A DNA stretch of 63,992 nucleotides, the filler included, from Reticulomyxa filosa (taxonomy: Eukaryota; Protista; Foraminifera): the NCBI GenBank assembly GCA_000512085.1. It is 24 parts of 24 records of this genome, joined end to end, with 100 filler letters (N's around TTAATTAATTAA, not from the genome) between each part and the next. Parts side by side here need not be neighbours in the genome. Positions count along the whole stretch, not along the records: positions 6,459 to 12,921 come from ASPP01006106.1; positions 13,022 to 14,312 come from ASPP01000854.1; positions 14,413 to 15,714 come from ASPP01027806.1; positions 15,815 to 18,709 come from ASPP01003174.1; positions 18,810 to 24,532 come from ASPP01019699.1; positions 24,633 to 26,756 come from ASPP01007983.1; 18 more parts are not named here. The stretch is one strand, 5' to 3'. The notes under the pieces were generated by a model. That model did no database searches and was not told the origin of the DNA. It saw only the letters and a list, made by a program, of their open reading frames with translations. A program made the position numbers and the translations under genes. This document shows positions 12,054-24,730 of this stretch, one piece after another; within the stretch, counting starts at the first letter, position 1, and every line of letters starts with the position of its first letter.

Positions 12054-12422
12054 TTTCATTTTATTGTTATTTTGGAGTAAAAAATAATAAAAAAATTGTT
12101 TTTTTTTTAGCCTCCGTTTTTGTGACGTATACAATTAGTCACTACTTTTTTTGTTTTTTTTGAAAATCTTTTATTCACATAAATTCACTACTCCATTTTT
12201 TTTTCTACTATATCTATCAATATGTTTTTCCTTTATATTACAAAATAGAAAACTTTTACTTTCATATCCATTATATTTTTTATTTGTCTCTTCTCATTTT
12301 TCAACAAAATACTTGTTACAAAATTCTCCAATTTTTTTTCAAAATTTCTTTTTAAAAAATTTTTTAATTTTAGAGCCAATCCAATTTTCACAAATCAAAC
12401 AAATACAATCCAATTTCTTTTT

Positions 12423-12540
12423 AAAAATACCATTCGTATATAGGAGAGCAAAACAATTAATTGTACTCAAAGGACATAGATACAAAATACGGATCAAATG
12501 AATTAAGAAATGGTCCGTCCTATTTCTATTTGGGGATAAC
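12423..12540 (+). pseudogene. WD40 gene remnant abutting the inverted-repeat arm
   Basis: Broken reading NTIRI*...KQLIVLKGH...KYGSNEL, typical of this genome's WD40 family. Confidence 0.5.
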
Positions 12541-13021
12541 AAAAATATTCTTTTTTTGTGTGAATTATTCAATTGCGGAAAAAAGAGAAATAAAATCATT
12601 GCAATAACGATTATCTATAATTTCTTTTTTATTCCTTTATAATTTGTTAATTATTCCATGATTATTTATTTTATCAATATTGTTTATATTTATTCTTGAT
12701 TATTAAAAGTAATAAAATATCATTGGTTTTATTTCTTAGTTTTTTCATATGTAAAATAAAAAACGATATATTTATGAATATCATTAGTAATTCTATGCAC
12801 AGAATAATCAAATCAAATAATGTTTGTTTTTGTAAAGATATCCTAAAAAGAGTTTTTTTAAAGATTAATTATTGAGGTCGTTCACCCAAATTGAAATATA
12901 ATTGAAAATAAATGTAATTGGNNNNNNNNNNNNNNNNNNNNNNNNNNNNNNNNNNNNNNNNNNNNTTAATTAATTAANNNNNNNNNNNNNNNNNNNNNNN
13001 NNNNNNNNNNNNNNNNNNNNN

Positions 13022-14058
13022 CATTTTCAATAATTCTGATTTTTCAAATAGTTCCTCTATATTTGCACTTACATGCATTTTCTGTATTTCACAATTTGCA
13101 CCAAATCCACTAATGATATGAACATTTGTATCATCATTACTCAAAATTGCAAATGATAAATATATTTCCATTGGCAATGTAATCTTGCATTGATTCCATG
13201 TTTTATCTTTCATTGAATACTTATACACAAGCTTTGCTCTTTCTTGTGTAATACTATTCATTCCACCAAATAAAAATATAAAATCATAAAGATATACAAA
13301 TGAATAAATTGTGAAATCATTTAAAGCCGGACAAATGGGTAATTTTTGATAATCAAATGATTTGTTTTGTTCATTATATTTTATTAATAATCCTGTGTTG
13401 TCACAAAATAATATGAAATGATTGATCACTTTCTCATTATTGATTGTTAATGGCACAAAACAATGATATCCAATTCCAAATTCGTGTTTCTCTGTTGGCA
13501 TTATGCTATTTTTGATTCCATTCAATGATTTCATTGTTTTCAAATCAATTACCTCAATATTTTCTTGATAATAAGTAATAAACAATAAATCATTATTTAT
13601 TCCATCAATCCACGCACTCCTCTAAAATCATTTTCTAATTTTCCAATGTTGGAATCTTGATTATGTCGTATCCAAGTATTGAATGACAGATCTTCAGATT
13701 TGGAATCACTCTGATGATTATTATTATCATCAATTTCCCAAACACTTGTATATTTCATTGAAAATGTTTGTTTCATTATATTTGTATTTTGTCCTCCAAA
13801 AGATAACAAATGAGTTTCATTGGGATTGGTTTGAGAATGATTCAATTGAATGACACAATGTCCATTTAATTTGACATCATCGGGATAAGAGCAGATGTAT
13901 TTGTATTGTTTTTTCAAAGTATGATACGAGTAACAGTCGTTAGTTTGTTGACCACCACAAATAAGGATCTCCTCCTTGAATAAAAGGCATTGTGAAGTTC
14001 CAAAAGGTTTTGGTAAGTCAGGCAAAGGTTGAAAGTAGTTGTTGGCTTGAGTAGACAT
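13022..14058 (-). pseudogene. Kelch-like beta-propeller family gene with one frameshift (~13600), 3' truncated
   Basis: LPDLPKPF, EEILICGG, CYSYH, HLLSFGG, FIFLFGG, VYKYS, WNQC. The two ORFs join across RGVRGL/GINNDLLFITY. Could be a sequencing error rather than a pseudogene. Confidence 0.8.
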
Positions 14059-14412
14059 GTTAGATGAATTTTTTTGAAGTATTTCAGATAACCCTTTTTT
14101 GGAACGAACGTTTTAAGACGATAAATTGACAATGAACTTGAAAGATTGAAACCAGAAATAATATATCATTACTTTGATAAAACAATGACTTTCGAAATTT
14201 TTTTCGTTGATTAGCTAAGTAATGGTTTGATGATTTGTTGATTATTGAGTCACTTTGAACAATTGTATATTTGCAATCAATATTAGAATAGATCGATAAT
14301 CACAAAAGTAAGNNNNNNNNNNNNNNNNNNNNNNNNNNNNNNNNNNNNNNNNNNNNTTAATTAATTAANNNNNNNNNNNNNNNNNNNNNNNNNNNNNNNN
14401 NNNNNNNNNNNN

Positions 14413-14767
14413 TTCTCTTTTTCTTCCCAAAACCTTGAGCCACTCTTCCATTGATCCTGTTGTCCCGTTCGTGGATCGTACTCCTGCGTTCAAAAAAATA
14501 ATTGATATCGGAATACTTGTAGAAGAATCGATTACAACGATAGCAGATTCTGAGAACGTTGCACAGCAAATGGACATGGACCGGAGGTCGTGTTGGAATG
14601 ACTTTTCGGCCAATGAGTCATTGTTCAAAGAAAAAGAAGAAGCAAAAGCAGAAGGAGGAGGAGAAAGTGAAAGACTGGACTTTTTTAGAGATGTGCCGAT
14701 TAGGATTGGATATGCAAATGAAATGATCATGTCCCCCGCATACAATCAAAATAAGGAACGCCATTGA
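14413..14767 (+). CDS. Hypothetical protein fragment
   Basis: Open frame from the contig start with coding-like composition; no recognisable motif. Confidence 0.35.
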
Positions 14768-15830
14768 TACTGTCATCAATCCATATCCAATTTCGTCGAA
14801 AACTTGAGATTTGCGCTACAATCGTCAACACAAGAAACCATCCAGCCAATAGAGATAAAATTCGGTTTGCACGTTTCAAAATCGATTTCGTTCGTTTCAT
14901 TAGAATCACCGAGAAAACTGGTCTAATGAAATTTTATTGACATTGAGTTTTGTGTTATTTCTTGTTTGTAATAAATAACAAATACATAAATATATGTATT
15001 GTTTCGTTATTACTATTATTATTATTATTATTATTTAGAATGAGATCAAGACTAGACTTGTAGGAAGTAAATTGCAAAAGATGGAAGCATAGGCGGAAGC
15101 AGTGTTATTTGCTATACCTCGAGTGCAACCATTTTACATAACAAAAAAAAAGAACATGCAAACAGCGCCTTCAGAAAATACGGTGCCACTCGTCTACAAT
15201 ACGAGTACCTAAGTGCGTTTCTCTACAAGTGGCGACTTGTCATTGACAGAATATCCGGATTATCTGTTGAAACATATATTGACAGAATAAATCCAAATGC
15301 CTCCACAAAAGAGCTGCTCATTTCATAATGACCGATCCGTTATAACTGGTATTGCAAATTATTTGCAACATCCACTACAATATGCTTATAAAAAGATTGC
15401 CACAATGAGTTGCTCCATCAACTGTAATATAAAAACATTTACCGCTTAAGAAGATACTACTCCAGAAACAGTGATAATAATCAATTCGTAATTTCGTACA
15501 GTTATGCGTAGCTCTTATTGTTTTATTTTCTTGGTAATAAATCTAAACAATAAAAGTTTGTTATCGTATTGAGTAACTTCTGTCTAAGTATTTTGGACAG
15601 TTATTAACAATATATATTACAAGAAATCAATAATACTAACACTTCAATCACTTCCAAAATAATATTCTAGTAAAATATACTTTGAAATTAATTAATTGCT
15701 ATGATCTTTTTTTANNNNNNNNNNNNNNNNNNNNNNNNNNNNNNNNNNNNNNNNNNNNTTAATTAATTAANNNNNNNNNNNNNNNNNNNNNNNNNNNNNN
15801 NNNNNNNNNNNNNNGATTGGGATTGAATAG

Positions 15831-16557
15831 GTGATATAAATGAGGGGGTACGACATGTGGTACTCCTTTGATATTGGGCCAATGCATATTATCGGCTTTT
15901 CAACAGAGACTTTATTTTACCGAACTGAAGACGATCAGAGACAGTATGACTGGCTTGAGAACGATCTACGAAGTTTTTTTTTTTTTTTTTTGCTTGTGTA
16001 TACGTTATGCTAGCACGTTTTGTGTATGTGTGGACAGAACAAGCAAATGCAAACCGTGCGACGAGACCTTGGATAATAACGTTTGGCCATAGACCAATGT
16101 ATTGTAGCAACACCGACAATGACTGTATCGCCGAAAACTCGTCTGGAGAAATAGTGAGAGCTTATGTGGAAGATCTGTTTTTCCAATACGGCGTCGATAT
16201 TCAGCTGTGGGCTCATGAGCATTCGTACGAGAGAACCTGGCCAGTATTCAACTTCACTGTCACCCAAAAAAACTATGACAACCCTTTGGCACCTGTTCAT
16301 TTGATCAGTGGCGCGCTGGATGCAATGAGGACGATGGGTTGTGCGAAAACCCCATATATTTTCCCAAAGGTGAATGGAGTGCTTATGCGACAAAAGGATA
16401 TTTCCATCCTTACAGCTATGGCCATTTAAGACCTTTGGATGCTCAAGGAGAAAATCTGTATTGGGACCAAATTAATGCCCAATTTAAATCCACTTTTGAT
16501 CAAATTCTCATTTCCCAGAAAAATCACGGTCCTTTTGCTCCTTTGCACAAAAATTAG
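15831..16557 (+). CDS. Purple acid phosphatase (ACP7-like metallophosphoesterase), 3' part; apparent single-base frameshifts
   Basis: WYSFDIGPMHIIGFSTE, QYDWLENDL, RPWIITFGHRPMYCS, GVDIQLWAHEHSYER (metal-ligand motif), APVHLISGA(A)GC, YSYGHL; stop at 16557. Confidence 0.9.
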
Positions 16558-17236
16558 TTCGTCATTTCATTATTTTTTCCAATAAAAAAGAAGTCCTAAT
16601 ATTCAATATATTCAGATGTCATTAGAAAGTCTGTTTAGGACAGCTATTAAGGCATTTCTTGTTTCATTTGCACAAAAGCTTATCTGTATAGTGCTGGAAG
16701 AATGAAATGGGCAATGCCATACACAAACATATCATCACTGTTTTTAGTGTACTTAACCATAATCAATAGCAAAAAAACATCTCATTAAAATTTCATAAAT
16801 TTTATTAAAAAGAGGACAAGAGGTATCTCATTTTTCGAGAATACTTATCTTTTTGGTATTTTAACAACCACAAAGATGGAAAGCATAGCACACTCTTTGT
16901 TTTAGCGCTTTCCCAAAGTAAAAAAACAACCGACTTTTTATTAACTGCTACAAGACATGCGAGCAAAATCCTTTATTTGTTGAATGAAGAGATATTGGCA
17001 TTGTACCACTTTTTTGCTTTTTTCTTGGTAAAATTTGTTTAAATTATTTACATTTGCAACAGATTCATGTTCTTACACAAATTGGATTAAATGAAAAGTC
17101 AGTTCATTGTTCCCATGCCTAAAAACTGCATCTTATCTGATTTTACGTAAATTGCAAAAGAAGATATTTTCATTTTAACACTGCCTTTCCATCTGATGTT
17201 AAGAAAACAAGTGAAAAAAAACTACGTAAAATCAGA

Positions 17237-18709
17237 GTGAAAAAAACTCCATTACATATCGAGCCAGGAAAATTGATAAGTAACATTTTATGGCAGAGTG
17301 TGCTCGTAGCAATGAAGTCGAAAAACCTAAAAAAAAGATTAGTAACAGACAAATTAAAAGGCTACTACAAGTCTCAAGACAAACTAGTTCCATTACTTGA
17401 TGATCCTGGACAATCTGTTGACACTTGCTATATTCGATTGGCCCTTTTGCATGAAAGACATTTGAAAAAAATAAAAGAAAAAATAACAAACAAAAAGCAA
17501 AACAATGAAGAAGACGAACAAGAGAAATGGTCAAATTCAATTGACTATTCAATAATCTATGGCAGTGGACAAGAAACAGTTGATGTAGAAGATATTTGGA
17601 AACGAGAAGAAAAAGAAGAGATAGAAGAAGAAGAAGAAGAAGTGCGTCATATCAGTATTCGTGGTGAAGCAGGAAGTGGAAAAAGTGTATTGACACAAAG
17701 AATTGCATATTTATGGGCCAAAAATCAAATGTGGAATGATATGTTTGAATGGCTATTGCACATTTCATTTCGAAAGATTGTCAATGCTTTTGATGGTGAT
17801 GAAAATAAGAATGATATAAAAAGTCAATGGTCCAAAATAATGAATGCATTGAATATTCCAGGATGGGACACAAACGATACAAATATTGTGTATTCAACTG
17901 ATGGGCTGTTGGTATTGGATGGACTTGATGAAATTGCAAATGAGATAAATAAAAAACCTGGATTACAACAATGGTTACGATATTGTACTGAAAATACCAA
18001 ATATAGTGTAATTATCACCAGTCGCCCGAATGTACAATGTTCATATTTGAAACGTTCAAAAGTCTTTAATGTCATTGGGTTTCAATCACAAGATATTCGA
18101 AAATATGTAGATAATTACTTTCAAAATGTTACAGATGATCGTATAAAAAGGATAAGAACGACCAGTACCAAGCAAAAAATTTGTTCAAAATTGAATACAA
18201 GCCAAACTTAAAATTATTGAGTCACACTCCATTGTATTTGGGATTACTCTGTTATCTCACAAGACAACAGCGGATCAAGACGCCTGAAGAAGAAAAAGAG
18301 GAAGAAAAAAAAGAGATTCAAAATATAACAGCTTTGGATGACTTGGAAAATACATCCGTCTCGAAATTGTATGAAAAATTGTTGGTGTGTTATATGAAAT
18401 GGAACTGGATTAAAGTCAATGGAACAAAATATAATCCAAATGAACAAGAAATGTTTTCTATTTTTGAAATGGAAATTGATTATTTATCACGTATCGCGTG
18501 GGAAGGATTGAAAGATGGACAAGCTGTTATTTCTTGTGAAATACAAGAAAGAGTATTAAATATTATTAACAACAAATATCCACGTGAACATATTTCAGTG
18601 ATTTCTCAATGGTCTCGAATCAATTCTTTTGGATTTTTGCAAGGACAAGAATCCATGAATCCAATTAATTCGGTATATTTTCCTCATTTGACATTTCAAG
18701 AATGGTTTG
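17237..18709 (+). CDS. NACHT/STAND NTPase (NLR-like), partial, with frameshift near 18140-18190
   Basis: Walker A ISIRGEAGSGKS, Walker B LLVLDGLDE, sensor VIITSRP, LLSHTPLYLGLLC, winged-helix YFPHLTFQEWF. Confidence 0.9.
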
Positions 18710-20053
18710 NNNNNNNNNNNNNNNNNNNNNNNNNNNNNNNNNNNNNNNNNNNNTTAATTAATTAANNNNNNNNNNNNNNNNNNNNNNNNNNNNNNNNNNN
18801 NNNNNNNNNATAGTTTTGCGATAAAAATGTAAGAATTTTTCAATGCAAAAATAAATTTTTTTTTTGAGATATTTCTAATGCACAAAAGTTTCTTCTACGT
18901 CATCAAACAAATGTTTCGATCCCGTTTTTTTAAGAGTAAAAAAAATAATCAAATTTTTTTAAGATTTATTTGTCAATTCTGTCCCTTGCAAATTTTCTCA
19001 AAATTTCTTATGACAAGATTTACGCATACATCAAAAAAAAAGTGTTACCACGACAAATACTTTTTTAACAAAAGCACTTTTCGGGCTTAAAAAAAAAAAG
19101 CTGTACATTTTGGACTAGTGTGCAATAAAAACGGTCCAACATTATGTGAAAAAATGTTTTTTGTTGATTATAGAAAATGGTCTGCAAAACAATTTTGCAA
19201 AGTAGGTCTAAAAAAAAAATTGTTTTTTTTTAAGTTTTTTGTCCGACCAAGTACTTTGATTATCCGTCAAACTAAAAAAAATAGTGTGACAGAAACTGTA
19301 CATATGTACAACTTCTGCAAAGAGTGAGAAACAGAGATACGTGAGGACACGATGCAAAAAAAACAATATGTCGTGCGGACGAAAATGAATAAAAGGAAAT
19401 GTCCAAAAACCTGATGAAATTTGAAAAGGCGGACTTTGCATTTTTAAAAAAACGTTATTTTGCGTGATTGGCACACTACGACTTATCACCTGAATTCGAA
19501 ACTGATTTTGATTATGTGGCATACTCTGCTTCAAAAAGTATTTGCATTAGCATCAAGCAAGTTTTTGCTGCAAAGTTAGAATAAGTTTGTTTCATTCATA
19601 CTACATCCATAATCTTTGCATGCCTTTGGCTATCACTACAAATCGCCAAACAAACAAAGCCATGATCCTCCTTGCAATCTATTTCAAGAATTTTACTTGC
19701 AAGACAAAGAAAATTTCTCGTCTTCTTCACACATACGAAGTCTATGTATATTTGGCAGCTGATTTTCCTGATATCTCGTGCTGTGTGCATTATAACAGAC
19801 CTTTCTTTAACTTTGCCTAGAACATTGATTTAATTTTGTCGAGGCAATACACTCGTTTAGAAAAAAAAAAATTGAAAAGAGAAATGCAATGTCACGAATT
19901 GACGCTAAAACAACAAATGTTTTTTTTTCTCCCCCTCCACCTTCCTTTGTCTTCTCATTAATAAAATCATTTATGGAAAAGAAGACAATAACACAAAAAC
20001 TAAAAGAATTGCTTTTTAAAATAAAAATAGAAATTGAAACAAAAAAAAAAAAT

Positions 20054-22324
20054 TTAGTTGACATCGATAATGTTTTGGTCATCATTTTCATTTTCATTGC
20101 CGTTGTCATTATCGTCGATTTCGTTTTCTTCTTCCACATCATTATCATTATCATTTTCGATTTCTTTGGCACGGACAGAGGGCCCAAAACGTAAGACGGT
20201 GGGTTCGCTGGGGACATTGGATTCACTCCAAATGATGGAAAGTCCATCTTCGGCATCAAAAGTGACAGTAACAAAAAGATTATTTTTTTTGTTCATTTGT
20301 TTGTGTGTCAAATAGATTCGACGAATGGTAAGAACTTGCGTCGAATCTGGAGAAGTGCCACATTTCACGACAAACATAATACCAATATCATCACTCTCAG
20401 AGTTATCATCCTTACCATTTGTATTAGAATCGTCAAGCAAGAGAGACTTGGCCAACGCGCAAGTGGTGTAAAAAGGTAACCAAGTGTGTGTTGGAATGGA
20501 GCACAGGGATTGAAAAGACAATTTAGAGTGAGCATGTTTGAAATGTGCAGCCGAAGGGATTAGTGCGAAAGTGATGGAAATGAGTTGATCAAGGAATGCC
20601 AATTGGGTAGGACCAGAATCAGAAGTAGTTGCATTTGCAAAAGAAGAAATATCAAAAGGAAAGGTTTCTTGATTGGTTGCAAAATGGAGATCATGACAAA
20701 TCCACAAATGCTTCAGCCAAAATGCTTGAACCGCACATCCTATGACATTTGTGTATACGGCTTCCAACCCATTTCGACTAAGCAATTTGACCGAGGATTG
20801 TTGCAAAGTGGGCCAACCTTGCAAAGTGCATTCAACAAATTTGTTCAAATGAGCGAGTCCACCACAAACAATGACTTCAAAAGAAGCATCTTTTTCCAAA
20901 TTCAAAGCACTTATTTCTTGAGCAATCCAATTGGGTATATTTTTGTAACAATCGTAAATAAGCCGTTCAAAGCGCGCCTTGCTAATGGAAGTATGATACT
21001 CTTCCCCTTCCATTAGCGATTCCACATACAGAGTCACTTCATTGCTTGCCGGAGTGAACAGCAGCACATTTTTGATGGCATCGATTTCTTGTTTCAGCTT
21101 TAGGCGCGTCTTTCGATCACCGGGCTCAATAATCAGCCCTTTCGACTTTTGCTTGAAGTCATCCGCACAGTATTTCATTATCAATTCATCCAGTTTGTGT
21201 CCACAAATGCTTGGATTTTGATGTCGATGCAATCGAACACTCGTGCCATTTTCCAAGATTTTATGCACACTCAATGTGGACTGCATTGTCCCATAGTCTA
21301 CCACACACACATATCGAGGAGCTGCTGATGTGGTCATTTTGCCATTTGCCGTACCATTCGCCAGACCATTTTCAAGTAATAATCCATAAGCATTCAATGC
21401 ACTCACATCATTGTCAATACATTGCAGCACATGAATGCCACGTTTTTCTAACCCTTTTTGTAACTGCGACACAGCACTTGCGTTTGGATCTGTATTGCTG
21501 TGATCATTGTTGACATTAGCGCTCGGATTGGGGTTATTACCTCCTGTCGCCTTGCTAAAAGTGATCACTGCAAACATATCTTGACTTCGGCAACTCAAAA
21601 TATGACACAACATTTCCGTCAATTTCTGACACATTTGATCCACACATTGCGTGACGGTCATGTTCAGATTGGCCAATTGCGCTTCATTTCGATCGCTGTC
21701 CCATTCCAATGAGGATTGCATACCCAAGATCTGCACTCGACTTTTCCATGCGTTAAACGTGCTCTCATTGGCGGCGCTGGTGCATAGATAGTTGCTTTGA
21801 TATACGCAATTGCGGTTGTGTTGAATCGACGCTTTCATTGCTTCGTATCCTATCACACTGTTTGAAGACGCCTCATTTGCGTCTTCGGGAACACAAGTGA
21901 ATGTTAACACATTTGGAATCAATCGATGTCCACTGTCGTCTTGTTGCACTCGGATCACTGTCGTCAACAATTGTTCCATTAGTGCGTCTTTGCTTGTATT
22001 TCCTTCCGTCATTTTAAAGTCTTTCATTATCATGCTGTATTTCTTTTCTATTTCACTTTGCCATTCTTCTTCCTCTTTCTTCTCCTCATTTGTTGGTAAC
22101 AATTGCTTACTCTCTCCTACCACTGCCACTTTTATATACGAACTCCCAAAATCGATCCCGATAAAATATTTGCTTTCCAACACCTTCTTCTCTTCTTTTT
22201 CCTCTTCTACTTTCTTCGCTCCACTTTTCTTGATATCTGCTGTTGACGTCTCGGGCTTTGATGCTGGCTGAGAACCTTTTCCTCCTCGACGACTTCCTCC
22301 TCGCCCTCGTCCTTTTTTCGGCAT
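20054..22324 (-). CDS. Atypical Hsp70-family protein (HSPA14/Ssz1-like)
   Basis: Intact 756-aa ORF: IGIDFGSS, DDSGHRLIP, VVDYG, CGHKLDELIMKYCADDFKQK, VESLMEGEEYHTSISKARFE, VIVCGG. The canonical EPTAAA and DLGGGT motifs and the C-terminal EEVD are absent. Confidence 0.85.
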   Translation of the reverse strand: MPKKGRGRGGSRRGGKGSQPASKPETSTADIKKSGAKKVEEEKEEKKVLESKYFIGIDFGSSYIKVAVVGESKQLLPTNEEKKEEEEWQSEIEKKYSMIMKDFKMTEGNTSKDALMEQLLTTVIRVQQDDSGHRLIPNVLTFTCVPEDANEASSNSVIGYEAMKASIQHNRNCVYQSNYLCTSAANESTFNAWKSRVQILGMQSSLEWDSDRNEAQLANLNMTVTQCVDQMCQKLTEMLCHILSCRSQDMFAVITFSKATGGNNPNPSANVNNDHSNTDPNASAVSQLQKGLEKRGIHVLQCIDNDVSALNAYGLLLENGLANGTANGKMTTSAAPRYVCVVDYGTMQSTLSVHKILENGTSVRLHRHQNPSICGHKLDELIMKYCADDFKQKSKGLIIEPGDRKTRLKLKQEIDAIKNVLLFTPASNEVTLYVESLMEGEEYHTSISKARFERLIYDCYKNIPNWIAQEISALNLEKDASFEVIVCGGLAHLNKFVECTLQGWPTLQQSSVKLLSRNGLEAVYTNVIGCAVQAFWLKHLWICHDLHFATNQETFPFDISSFANATTSDSGPTQLAFLDQLISITFALIPSAAHFKHAHSKLSFQSLCSIPTHTWLPFYTTCALAKSLLLDDSNTNGKDDNSESDDIGIMFVVKCGTSPDSTQVLTIRRIYLTHKQMNKKNNLFVTVTFDAEDGLSIIWSESNVPSEPTVLRFGPSVRAKEIENDNDNDVEEENEIDDNDNGNENENDDQNIIDVN

Positions 22325-23126
22325 TTTTTTTTTATATTATGAAATCCCTAGATTTTTTTTAAAGTTACAAGAGTCCGTACCTTTTTGTTTTGTTTCTACT
22401 TCTCCTCTGATTTTGTTGCGTCCGTATACTCGGTTTACTCTTCTCACTTTCTTTTGTTCTTATAATAAGATATTGTAAGTTACATTTAATGTTACACTAT
22501 TTTGAGTTTTTTAAAATTCAATTACTGCACATGTTTTAAACGTACGCATGGTTGAGATATACGTCTGGATCGCCCACATAGTGTTAGAGTGAATTTCGTG
22601 TTTGTAATCAAGGACGAATAAAATCAATTTTTAGAAAAAACCGAGCAGTTTTTGTGTTTATATGTGATACTTGGATCTTGAATGAGATATTTCATTTTCA
22701 AAATGAATTAAAGATTACATAATTTTTAAAAGATTCTTTCAACACAAAATAATTTCCAGCAAAATTTAGTTTTCTGAATTTCTTGGAATTTTCAAAGTGA
22801 GCCAAATGAAAAGCATTTATGAACCTAAATCCAGGAAAATAATTTCACTCTATTTTTGCAGTTTTTTTGGAATAACGTACCTACGTTTTAAGTTTGATGG
22901 AAAAACTTTTCGCTGAAAGATACGAACTTATACTGTTATTTTTACACCCTCAGCGAGCGTAACACTCACAATTCCAACACAACCCTTTTTTAATTTTATT
23001 CTTCTATCCTTTCAGTTGCCATTAGGAACGCCCACTCAAAAAACCGTTTCTTTCCCTCTAGCTTTTGTGTTGTTCGCCTTTTTTTTTCCCTTCCTTTCTT
23101 GTAGTAATATGAATAATTCTTACTAA

Positions 23127-24426
23127 TTAGTTCTTGACTTGTGCGCAAGTACCACAAAACCAATCATCAGGTGGGCATTCACTTAATCCGGCACATTTCA
23201 GATGGCACACATGCGTACATGATTCGCAACAGACAAAATTTCCAACGTCTCCACAAATATAGCATGCCCCTTCATGTTTGTCAAAGAAAGCACTGGAATC
23301 GTAGGTTTTTTTCAATAAGTCCCGTGCTTGTAAACTTCCTAAGGATTGATTACTCAGCAAAAGGCCTCCCGCTGTGTATTTGTCAGCTACAGTGACGTCA
23401 TACATTCCTTTTTTTTTTTTTTTTTTTGGTTACATCCCCAGGAGTAACGATCCCCACACATATACGAACATATTGCATGGTTTATTTGTCGCATTTTTTT
23501 TTTTTTTTTTTTAATAATGAAAAAAAGTTGAAAATAAAAATTACAAAAATATATATGTATATGTATATAAAATCAACCACCTGACATTGCCATTAATTCA
23601 GAATGTAGCTTTGCAAGCATGGGTTTGTTTTTGCTTGTCTCTTTGAAATAATTTTCAACGTGCAACACATCTTCCATTTTGTAGAGCAGGTCGCTCATAG
23701 TAAAAATGGACGGACCTAATGCATCTATAGCCTCTTTCAAGGGATTGCGAGTTTCCTTAATCCTTACTTTGACGGCAGCAGGATAGCAAAAGGTTGCTGC
23801 GGCATTATTTCCATCTTCATGTGTAAGAGAAGAAACGATTGGCTGAGTCAGCAAAGCGTTGTTCAGAGCATCAAAGTAGCTGTTAACCTCTCGCAGGACC
23901 ATTTCTTTATCGACTTGAATACCCCATTCAAATGGCACAGCACTAAACGTGGAATGAATGGCGGTGGTGGCTCGAGTGGAAACGCGACGACGTTTGCTGT
24001 TTGATTCCAGGTCATTGTTTTCAGGCCACATTTTTTCGGGACTGTGCAAGCTATTGCTCATATCTGTCGATATTGTCACGCTTTCGAGTTGCATGTCATG
24101 AAACGAGCGTTTTTTATTTTTCTGCTCTCCGCCAGTGTGATTTGGTGTGGCTTGACTTCGGGATTTCTTACGACGTTTCGTTTTCTTGTTGTTGTGATTC
24201 GAATGTCCGTCGTTCTCCCCAGCAGAGGAATCGTTGTCATTCGATTCATTGTCGGACTCGAGCACAATGTTCATTTCATCTACAGCATCGCTGTCATCGC
24301 CGTTTTCCGCAAAGTCGTATTCCACTTCCTCTTCACTCTTGTGCTCCTTTTCGTGCATTTCCACATCGTCAGAAGAGCTCCCACGACTGTTTGCATTCCA
24401 TTCTCCGTCATCACCATCATCAAACT
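23127..24426 (-). CDS. PHD-finger chromatin protein, 3' exons (~24426-23581 and 23408-23127)
   Basis: C-terminal C4HC3 finger CYICGDVGNFVCCESCTHVCHLKCAGLSECPPDDWFCGTC; acidic and NLS-like upstream exon; in-phase splice giving MSG-MYDV. Confidence 0.85.
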
Positions 24427-24730
24427 CTTTTTGTTTTTAATAACGGTCAGCGATAGGGAGGGGGGGAAAGGGGGAGGGAAAAAAAAAGTGTACGTTTTTG
24501 TTTTTTTTTTGTTTACAATTTGAAAACAAAAANNNNNNNNNNNNNNNNNNNNNNNNNNNNNNNNNNNNNNNNNNNNTTAATTAATTAANNNNNNNNNNNN
24601 NNNNNNNNNNNNNNNNNNNNNNNNNNNNNNNNAAAAAAAAAAAAAAAAAAAAAAAGGGCTACAAAATAGTGTGTTTTTTTTTTTTTTGTGAGATTGCAAT
24701 GGCTTGATGTGTTGTGTTTTGTTGCTATAG

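Larger units (their letters stand above)
9545..12422. repeat. Long inverted repeat: arms 9545-10913 and 11054-12422 (1,369 bp each), 140-bp spacer
   Basis: Mirror ORF pairs have coordinate sum 21967 and identical translations; arm ends were traced base by base. Confidence 0.97.

Noticed and set aside
18810-19800. Possible MITE or transposon end
   Set aside because: No terminal inverted repeats, TSD or second copy found in the window.
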